The translations under genes were made by a program, and so were the position numbers. Of a stretch of DNA of 49,920 bases, positions 28,309 to 35,814 are shown piece by piece. This stretch comes from Alistipes sp. GTDB lineage: Bacteria > Bacteroidota > Bacteroidia > Bacteroidales > Rikenellaceae. A model generated the notes under the pieces. It was given only the letters and a program-made list of their open reading frames with translations, did not search any database and was not told where the DNA came from. The first letter of the stretch is position 1. Each line of letters begins with the position of its first letter. The stretch covers positions 1 to 49,920 of the forward strand of contig JAFZFJ010000193.1 in the NCBI GenBank assembly GCA_017555975.1, written 5' to 3'.

Positions 28309-29432
28309 ATTTCGTGAATTTTACGGTAGATTTCGGCCTGCTCCTCGGGGGTCTCGGAGTAGGTTACGACGATGAGTTTCATGCCCGGCTTCCAGAGCGA
28401 GCGAACTTTCTCCTCGACCAACTCCACATCGCCCACGATGCGAGCGTTGAGCACAGCTCCCGAGCCGGCAAAGGCATCGGCAAAGCCCTCCGTGGGGTTA
28501 GCACCCGGATCAGTAGCAAGCGAGAAGGCACCATCGGCCATCTTCAAGCCGGGGATACGGGCAATCTGCTCCTTCTTCTGCGACCAATTGCCGCACGAGT
28601 GGAAGACCGTACCACCAAACTGATCACCCACGCGCTGCATGGCCGGTACACAAAGCGGGAAGTAGAGGTCGTCCGAGAGCATCGTCACCGTATCGTCGCT
28701 CATACCCAGACCATCGAACATACGGCTCGAAGCAAAACCGTGACCCGGCTTTACGAGGGCATCACCAATCAGGCGACGCTGCGCCTCCGTAAAGTCGATC
28801 AGCAGATCGGCCGTGCGCTCCATGGCGGTGGTCATCGAATCGGGATCGAGCATCAGATCCAGGTAGAAAGAGTTCGAGTCGATGATGTTGCTCAACGTAT
28901 TGAGGGGCGACTGCACGTCGCAGTACGACATCGGGATTTCACCCTTCGTCTTATCGAGGAAATACTCGACCATCTCGAGCGTATGGCGACCAATCGCCGT
29001 CTCGGCTACGGGACGGTAGGGGGCTGCAACCAGATCGGCCGTCGTAAGGAACTTGCCATCTACGGCCGGGGCCTGACCGGCCTCCCAGCGGTAGTCGAAG
29101 CCATAGGCGGCAGCGACCGTGCCGAGGCCATACCACGGCTCGAGGAAGTTGGGCACATCGGCCTCGAAGCGCATCGACTGCTCCAAGGCACCCAGCTGCC
29201 AAGCAAGCGACGAACGCATATCGCGGCAATCCTCAGCGAAGACCTCCTTAACGCGCATACGACGATAGACCAGCACACCCTGGTCAGCTTCCCAGAAGGC
29301 CTTGCAACGAGCATCCAACTCGGCCGCATAGGCCGCATAGCGGGCACGATCGAACTGCTCGGGAGCAATCGGCTCGACATGTGTGGCCTGCGAATCGGCC
29401 AACGCGGTATTAAACGTATCTTTCTTCGCCAT
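28299..29432 (-). CDS. Uroporphyrinogen decarboxylase / MtaA-CmuA methyltransferase superfamily protein
   Basis: DVQSPLNT, GMSDD and FHSCGNW (HxC) motifs; TIM-barrel-sized, 377 aa. Confidence 0.72.
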   Translation of the reverse strand: MAKKDTFNTALADSQATHVEPIAPEQFDRARYAAYAAELDARCKAFWEADQGVLVYRRMRVKEVFAEDCRDMRSSLAWQLGALEQSMRFEADVPNFLEPWYGLGTVAAAYGFDYRWEAGQAPAVDGKFLTTADLVAAPYRPVAETAIGRHTLEMVEYFLDKTKGEIPMSYCDVQSPLNTLSNIIDSNSFYLDLMLDPDSMTTAMERTADLLIDFTEAQRRLIGDALVKPGHGFASSRMFDGLGMSDDTVTMLSDDLYFPLCVPAMQRVGDQFGGTVFHSCGNWSQKKEQIARIPGLKMADGAFSLATDPGANPTEGFADAFAGSGAVLNARIVGDVELVEEKVRSLWKPGMKLIVVTYSETPEEQAEIYRKIHEICR

Positions 29433-29433
29433 A

Positions 29434-30489
29434 TTACTCGGTTTTCAACTCCTCGGCAATGCGATAGATCTCCTTCACACGCTCGTCCGTGATCGTGTCG
29501 TCCATATTCACGCAGCAGATACCCGTTTTGTAGAGGTCGCCCGACGCCTTCACGCGCGTCGAGATAATCTCGCGCAGCTCCTCCGACGAATAACCACCAA
29601 TTTCCACCGGGTTCAGACGCAACGAGAAGAAGGTCTCGGGGAGCATCTGACGCAGTGCTGCCACATCACCACCCCAACCCAGATCGAGGAACGAGAGGTT
29701 CTTGATCTTGGCAAACTGCTCGGCATGACGGTGCGGATCCTTACCACAATAGTGGATGCCATAGGGCTGGTATTTCTCGCTCCAAGCGATGTCGATCGGC
29801 AGAAGCTGATCCTCGTAGTCAAACTCCGAGATCATCGTGTGAGAACACTCCGAGTGGAGGTAGAGCGGCTCATCCAGCAGGCGTGCGATGCGATTCACCG
29901 AAATCGACGAAGTACCCGTCTCGCTGCGGATGTAGTTGAAGAAGCGCTCTACCACGCGGCTAATCTGCGCAAAGTAGGCCTTCGTAGCCTCCGGATCGAG
30001 CATCATATCCATCAAAATGGACTCACCCTTCACATCGAGGGCCAGGTTCAGCACACCACCCCAGTTGATATCACCCGTTACATAGCCATACTTGGCCTTG
30101 AGCTCCTCGATCAGGCGCTGCAGACGCTTAAAGGCGGGCGAACGGAAGGGGGCCTCCTCATCGATCGTGAGCTCCTCACGGTGAGCGCACAAAACCTGCG
30201 GAGCGGTGTTTGCACCATACTCGATCTCGCAACCAAGCATCTCGGAGAGCAGGTAACCGGCGGCCAAATGCACAGCACCAATCTCGGGGCGCTCTTCGGC
30301 GTGATGCAGGCCCAAACCACAATCGGCAAAGCGCTCGTGGAGGGTCTTTTCCATCAATTGCTCATCGCTGACGCGACGGCGCGGATCGTAAAAGAAGTCT
30401 TGATCGAAGACAATACCAACGTGTTTGTTCCACCACGAGGGGTGAAAAACCACATCTACGGGGAGCTGGGTTGAGCAGAGTTTTTTCAT
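29434..30489 (-). CDS. Divergent URO-D/MtaA-superfamily protein
   Basis: GGVLNLALDVKG, SECSHTMIS and YGIHYCG (HxC) motifs; start MKKLCS. Confidence 0.6.
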   Translation of the reverse strand: MKKLCSTQLPVDVVFHPSWWNKHVGIVFDQDFFYDPRRRVSDEQLMEKTLHERFADCGLGLHHAEERPEIGAVHLAAGYLLSEMLGCEIEYGANTAPQVLCAHREELTIDEEAPFRSPAFKRLQRLIEELKAKYGYVTGDINWGGVLNLALDVKGESILMDMMLDPEATKAYFAQISRVVERFFNYIRSETGTSSISVNRIARLLDEPLYLHSECSHTMISEFDYEDQLLPIDIAWSEKYQPYGIHYCGKDPHRHAEQFAKIKNLSFLDLGWGGDVAALRQMLPETFFSLRLNPVEIGGYSSEELREIISTRVKASGDLYKTGICCVNMDDTITDERVKEIYRIAEELKTE

Positions 30490-30646
30490 GATTATTCTTG
30501 ATTTATGGGGACACATGTTCCCAAATTGGTGCTAATGTACAAAAAAATCGAGAATGTACCATGGCTTTTCGCGGGAAAGCAACGCGCGCGCGCTTTTTTT
30601 CGGCGAAAGCGCGGTTATTTCTTTTTCTTTGACTACATTTGTAGCT

Positions 30647-32227
30647 ATGAAGCGTAATATGATCCTGATATTCTTGTCTGTTATCCTACTCTCGGTGGGA
30701 TGGCTCGGCGTGTCGGGTTTGACGCTTCTGGGAGCCTTTGTGCCGCTGCTGATTCTCAGTGATCGGGCCGAAGACTCGCGACGCGGTTGGTGGCGGATGT
30801 TCTTCCAAGCCACCCTCTGTTTCGTGCTGTGGAATGCAGCCACGATTTGGTGGATTTGGAATGCTACGCCCGTAGGGCCGATCGCCGCCACCCTTTTCTC
30901 GACCTGCTACAACCTGCTGGCCTTCATGCTCTACCACACGGTCTCGAAAAAAGGACCGAAGGCCCTCGCCTACACAACCCTCGTGGCGGCCTGGATTGCT
31001 ACCGAGTACTGGTACACGAACAGCGAGTTTTCGTGGCCCTGGTTGGTGTTGGGCAACGGCTTCTCGCACGACGTATGGGCCGTGCAGTGGTATGAGTGGA
31101 CGGGCGTCTTTGGCGGATCGCTGTGGGTGTTGGTAGCAAACCTGCTCCTCTTCGAGGCCATCCGTCAGCGCACCCTGCGCAAGTGGATCACAGCAGGTGT
31201 AGGAATTGCACTTCCGATGCTCGTCTCGTTGACGATGTGGTTAAGCTATGAAGCGCCGAGCGATAGGCAGGTGAAGGTCAGCATCATCCAGCCCAACATC
31301 GACTGCTACGAGAAGTTTGCCAACACGGACGAGTATCAGATTCGCAACATCTTTGATCTGATGCGCGAGGTGCCTGCCGATGCCGACTTCATCATCCTAC
31401 CCGAGACCGCCATGCCGGGTTACTATTGGGAGCCGACGCTCTCGGATCGCATCAACGACGAGGAGTCAGAGCTGTGGCAGGAGCTGCGCAACGAGTTGCG
31501 CCAACAACACCCCCACGCTATGATCGTTACGGGTGCTAACACCCGTCGTTACTACGCCCCCGGTCTGGAGAGCCCGACGGCACGTTCGTTCGGCTATGGA
31601 CAAGGTGGCTACGATAATTTCAACACCTCTGTTGGTTTGGATACCACCGCACGCATCCAACTCCACCACAAGGGCAAGCTCGTAATCGGCGTGGAGAACA
31701 CCCCCACCTGGGTCTTTGACCTGATGGAGTTCCTCGTGATTGACTTGGGCGGTGTTGTGGGTCAGATCGGCAAAGGCAAGCACGGCACGGCCTTCGACCA
31801 CGAGGGCGTAAAGATCGGCCCTGCAATCTGCTACGAAGGTGTCTACGGCGAGTTCTTTGGCGACCACGTACGCCGAGGTTCGGAGCTGATGGCCATCCTT
31901 TCGAACGACGGCTGGTGGGGCAACACCCCCGGCCACAAGCACCTCTTCTCCTTCTCGCGACTGCGTGCCATTGAGCACCGTCGCGCCATCGCTCGCTCAG
32001 CCAACACCGGGCGCTCGGGCTTCATCTCGCCTCGTGGCGATGTAAGCTCGACCCTCGATTGGGAGGAGCGTGGCGTGCTGACTGAAGAGGTGGTACTGAA
32101 TCACGAAAAGAGTTTCTACACACGCCATGGCGACTACCTGGGACGCATTGCTCAATATGTGCTGCTGCTCTCGGTATTGTACTACATCGCCTACCGCGTG
32201 AAACGACGCAACTACCTCGTTGACTAA
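30647..32227 (+). CDS. lnt: Apolipoprotein N-acyltransferase
   Basis: N-terminal TMs, QPNID, and the nitrilase triad E (LPETA), K (HHKGKLV), C (ICYEG); NDGWW and RSANTGRSGFI; TACATTTG promoter at 30634-30641. Confidence 0.93.
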   Translation: MKRNMILIFLSVILLSVGWLGVSGLTLLGAFVPLLILSDRAEDSRRGWWRMFFQATLCFVLWNAATIWWIWNATPVGPIAATLFSTCYNLLAFMLYHTVSKKGPKALAYTTLVAAWIATEYWYTNSEFSWPWLVLGNGFSHDVWAVQWYEWTGVFGGSLWVLVANLLLFEAIRQRTLRKWITAGVGIALPMLVSLTMWLSYEAPSDRQVKVSIIQPNIDCYEKFANTDEYQIRNIFDLMREVPADADFIILPETAMPGYYWEPTLSDRINDEESELWQELRNELRQQHPHAMIVTGANTRRYYAPGLESPTARSFGYGQGGYDNFNTSVGLDTTARIQLHHKGKLVIGVENTPTWVFDLMEFLVIDLGGVVGQIGKGKHGTAFDHEGVKIGPAICYEGVYGEFFGDHVRRGSELMAILSNDGWWGNTPGHKHLFSFSRLRAIEHRRAIARSANTGRSGFISPRGDVSSTLDWEERGVLTEEVVLNHEKSFYTRHGDYLGRIAQYVLLLSVLYYIAYRVKRRNYLVD

Positions 32228-32245
32228 TCCCGTACAACAAATATT

Positions 32246-33535
32246 ATGAACTACACCCAAACACTCGAATTCCTGTTCCAACAACTCCCGGCCTTTGAGG
32301 CCAAGGGAGCATCGGCCTACAAACCGGGCTTGGAACGTATCAGCGAGTTTTGCCGCGTGCTGGGCAACCCGCAACGCAACTTTTTCACGATCCATGTGGC
32401 CGGCACCAACGGCAAAGGATCCGTTTCGCACCTGTTGGCCTCGATTCTCGAGCAAGCCGGCTACCGCACCGGACTCTTTACCTCGCCCCACCTGAAGGAC
32501 TTCCGCGAACGTATCCGCGTCGATGGCGAGATGATTCCGAAGCAGAAGGTGGTCAATTTTGTCGACAAACATCGTGACAAGATGCTCGAGCTGAAGCTCT
32601 CGTTCTTTGAGATGTCTGCAGCCTTGGCCTTCGACTACTTTGCACAGAGCGATGTCGAGGTAGCCGTGATTGAGACAGGCCTCGGTGGCCGACTTGACGC
32701 CACAAACGTCATCCTGCCTGCCGTGAGCATCATCACCAACATCGGCCTGGAGCATACCGCACTGTTGGGCGACACACTTCAAAAGATTGCCGCCGAGAAG
32801 GGTGGCATCATCAAAAAGAGTATTCCCGTCGTCATTGGCGAGAAGGATGATCGTTGGAGCGACGTGATCGAGGAGATCGCCGAGCGCAACCGTTCGCGCG
32901 TGATCTATGCCGAGCAGGAGTTCCGCTGCGAGGAGCAGCACGACGAGGAGGGCGAGCAGTGCTTCTCGTTGCGTCGTCAGCGCGACAAGTACCTCTACGA
33001 CGTGCACCTCGACCTGATGGGCCACTACCAGCGTAAGAATGTCGTGACGGTGGCCGCGGTGACGGATTACCTCCACGAATCGACCCCGCTGACCATCTCG
33101 CGCCGCGCCTTTATCGAGGGTCTGCGCACTGCATCGACGCAGACGTCGCTCCTGGGTCGCTGGCAGAAGATTGGCGAGAATCCCCTGATTATCTGCGACA
33201 CGGGCCACAACGCCCACGGTATTCGCTACGTCAGCGAGCAGATTGCCGCCACGCCGCACGAGAAGCTCTACTGCGTAGTCGGTTTCGTACGCGATAAGGA
33301 CCTGGCACACATCCTGCCCTTGTTGCCGAAGGAGGCCCACTACATCTTTACGGCAGCCCAATCCGAGCGCTCGATTCCGGCCGACGAGTTGGCTGCGAAG
33401 GCGGCCATCTATGGTCTGAGCGGCGAGGTGGTTGCCAACGTCCGCGAGGCTCTCGAGCATGCCCGCTCGCTGGCCTCGGAGAAGGACCTGATCTTCGTGG
33501 GTGGTAGCACCTACGTGGTGGGTGAGGCATTATAA
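32246..33535 (+). CDS. folC: Bifunctional folylpolyglutamate synthase/dihydrofolate synthase
   Basis: HVAGTNGKGS, FTSPHL, ETGLGGRLDATN and DTGHN motifs. Confidence 0.95.
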   Translation: MNYTQTLEFLFQQLPAFEAKGASAYKPGLERISEFCRVLGNPQRNFFTIHVAGTNGKGSVSHLLASILEQAGYRTGLFTSPHLKDFRERIRVDGEMIPKQKVVNFVDKHRDKMLELKLSFFEMSAALAFDYFAQSDVEVAVIETGLGGRLDATNVILPAVSIITNIGLEHTALLGDTLQKIAAEKGGIIKKSIPVVIGEKDDRWSDVIEEIAERNRSRVIYAEQEFRCEEQHDEEGEQCFSLRRQRDKYLYDVHLDLMGHYQRKNVVTVAAVTDYLHESTPLTISRRAFIEGLRTASTQTSLLGRWQKIGENPLIICDTGHNAHGIRYVSEQIAATPHEKLYCVVGFVRDKDLAHILPLLPKEAHYIFTAAQSERSIPADELAAKAAIYGLSGEVVANVREALEHARSLASEKDLIFVGGSTYVVGEAL

Positions 33536-33556
33536 ATCGACCTATCAAATCATACG

Positions 33557-33588
33557 ATAAAGGGCTGCTCGATTGAGCAGCCCTTTAT
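33557..33588. terminator. Bidirectional terminator
   Basis: ATAAAGGGCTGCTC-gatt-GAGCAGCCCTTTAT. Confidence 0.85.
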
Positions 33589-33618
33589 TTAAATGGATAT
33601 CAGAAGTTGTATAACAAG

Positions 33619-33709
33619 AGCTATTTTGAAGCTGCTCGCAATCCGCAAAAGCGCAGTTTTCGTAAATGAGGATTTTGAGTGCGAGCGTAAGACAGCTTCT
33701 TGAACAGCT
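33619..33709. repeat. Long imperfect palindrome (REP-like or structured 3' UTR)
   Basis: AGCT/AGCT, GAAGCTG/CAGCTTC, CTCGCA/TGCGAG and ATCC/GGAT nested arms. Confidence 0.45.
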
Positions 33710-35651
33710 AAAACATCTTAACAAAGACCTCAATAGCCTGATATTCAGCCATGCCTAACTGATCATAGAGCCATGCCGTATGTTGCGTACGCTCCTCGGC
33801 ACGCTGCCAGAATTCGCGCGTATCACTACCCGGGAAGGGGACAATATCTTTCTGCGAAAGGTGGCGATAGATGGCGTGACGCTTCTTGATCAGCTCATCA
33901 GGCGAGAGCGGCACTGCCATGTCGACCATGCCCAAATCCCACTCCATCCAGGCGCCACGATAGAGCCACATGTGGCATCGCTTGAGCCACTCATCCTCCT
34001 TGACCACCTCCAGGGCTGCCAACACCGCCTCGATGCAGACACGGTGCGTACCATGCGGATCGGCCAGGTCGCCGGCAGCATAGATCTGATCCGGCTCAAT
34101 CTCACGCAACAGTTCGACAATAATATCAATATCCTGCTGCGAAAGTTCACCTTTTTTGATGCCACCCGTCTCATAGAAGGGCAGATTCAGGAAGTGAGCG
34201 TGCGAAGCCGGCAGACCAAACGAGCGCACCGCAGCCTTGGCCTCGGCACGACGAATTGCACCCTTCAGCTCAAGCAGGGCGCGCGGTTCGGGCTCGGTAT
34301 CACGCTTCGAGCGAATCAACTCGGCCACCTCTTCATAACGGTCGCCAAAGCCCAATTCGCCGGCCGTATCGATATGTTGCAACACCACATCATCGTGCAC
34401 AGCCACATTGCCCGAGGTCTCATAGGCCACATGCACGTTGTGTCCTTGCTCCACCAGACGAATGAACGTACCTCCCATCGAGATCACATCGTCGTCGGGG
34501 TGGGGCGAGAAGATCAGCACCTTCTTCGGGAAGGGCGACGAGGGTACGGGGCGTGTCGAGTCATCGGCATTGGGCTTGCCTCCCGGCCAACCCGTAATCG
34601 TATGCTGCAGGTCATTGAATACGCGGATATTGATCTCATTGAACGAACCTACCGCCTCGAGCAATTCGCCTAACGAATTTTCGATATAGTCGTTGTGCGT
34701 GAGCTTCAAAATAGGCTTCTGCACCTTGCCACAAAGCCATACGACCGCCTTACGCATGAAGCGTGGCGTCCACTCGCAGGGACCCACCAACCACGGTGCC
34801 ACCTGGCGCGTCAGGAGACCGGCGGCATTTTCGTCTACCACCACCTCGACGTTGTTGTGGTGCTGCAGGAGCGATGCCGGAACCATGGTCGTGGCCTCGC
34901 CCTCGACGATATCACGCACCACCGAAGCCTTACCCTCGCCCCATGCCATCAAGACCACCTTGTCGGCACGCATGATCGTACCGATACCCATCGTGATGGC
35001 CATCTTCGGGGTCTCGCTCATGTTGCGGAAGAACTTCGACTGTACCTTGCGCGAGTTGTGCGAGAGCTGCACCAAACGCGTACGCGACTTCTCATACGAG
35101 CCCGGTTCGTTGAAACCGATCTGACCCTGCTCACCCACACCGATAATCATCAGGTTGATGCGACCCATCTTGTCATAGACCTCCGAGTAGTGAGCAATAT
35201 CCTCCTGCGACACACGGCCGTCGATGATGTGGATATTCTCGGGCAGGATGTCGATGTGGTTCAAGAACTCGTTGTGGATGCGGTAGTTGCGGCTTTGGGG
35301 GTTCTGCACATCAATCGGATAGAACTCATCCAGGCTGTAGACCACCACATTGCGAAACGATACCTCGCCACGCTCGTAGCGTCGCACCAACTCGCGATAC
35401 AGACCTACGGGCGTACGACCCGTTGTCAATCCCAACACAAAGGGGTTGAAATCGGCATAGAAATCATCCTGGCCGTGTAGCTCGTTGTGCTGATTGAGCA
35501 TCTGCACAATCATATCGGCCAGATAGTTCACACCCATCTGCTCGGTCTGGAAGACCTGCGTAGGCATCTTTTCGTAGCGGTTCAACAGGTCGCGCGGCAA
35601 TGTCTCGGCGATCAGACCACCATCTTTCGGCAATGTGTATTTACCCTCCAT
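33708..35651 (-). CDS. nagB: Glucosamine-6-phosphate deaminase-like domain fused to a PIG-L/LmbE deacetylase-like domain (long-form NagB)
   Basis: GLTTGRTP, LDEFYP, IGFNEPGS and AITMGIGTI, then PHPDDDVI and DPHGTH; start MEGKYT. Confidence 0.85.
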   Translation of the reverse strand: MEGKYTLPKDGGLIAETLPRDLLNRYEKMPTQVFQTEQMGVNYLADMIVQMLNQHNELHGQDDFYADFNPFVLGLTTGRTPVGLYRELVRRYERGEVSFRNVVVYSLDEFYPIDVQNPQSRNYRIHNEFLNHIDILPENIHIIDGRVSQEDIAHYSEVYDKMGRINLMIIGVGEQGQIGFNEPGSYEKSRTRLVQLSHNSRKVQSKFFRNMSETPKMAITMGIGTIMRADKVVLMAWGEGKASVVRDIVEGEATTMVPASLLQHHNNVEVVVDENAAGLLTRQVAPWLVGPCEWTPRFMRKAVVWLCGKVQKPILKLTHNDYIENSLGELLEAVGSFNEINIRVFNDLQHTITGWPGGKPNADDSTRPVPSSPFPKKVLIFSPHPDDDVISMGGTFIRLVEQGHNVHVAYETSGNVAVHDDVVLQHIDTAGELGFGDRYEEVAELIRSKRDTEPEPRALLELKGAIRRAEAKAAVRSFGLPASHAHFLNLPFYETGGIKKGELSQQDIDIIVELLREIEPDQIYAAGDLADPHGTHRVCIEAVLAALEVVKEDEWLKRCHMWLYRGAWMEWDLGMVDMAVPLSPDELIKKRHAIYRHLSQKDIVPFPGSDTREFWQRAEERTQHTAWLYDQLGMAEYQAIEVFVKMF

Positions 35652-35715
35652 AGTCTTTTTAAAACACGCATTAACAGCAACTCCACATGCGGGCGAATTA
35701 GGCGCATAACGCCCT

Positions 35716-35794
35716 AAAAAAGGCCGTGACAGACTCCGTGAGGAGGCCTCACAGCCCTTTTGGTGTGCCCATAGCCCCAACCAAGGGGCTATGG
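35716..35794 (-). terminator. Two tandem hairpins between the lipoprotein gene and nagB
   Basis: CCATAGCCCC/GGGGCTATGG (35769-35794), and AAAAGG..GTGA..CTCC/GGAG..TCAC..CCTTTT (35716-35761) with a minus-strand T-run. Confidence 0.6.
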
Positions 35795-35814
35795 ACTAAA
35801 GCAATTCCAATTGA

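Noticed and set aside
28299-30489. Heme biosynthesis (hemE) assignment for the URO-D-like pair
   Set aside because: The HemE N-terminal RQAGR motif is absent, HxC motifs are present, and the context is sugar transport.
35652-35814. glmS ribozyme or other known riboswitch upstream of nagB
   Set aside because: I could not recognise the conserved core of any known riboswitch; only generic hairpins are visible. An Rfam scan is needed to exclude one fully.
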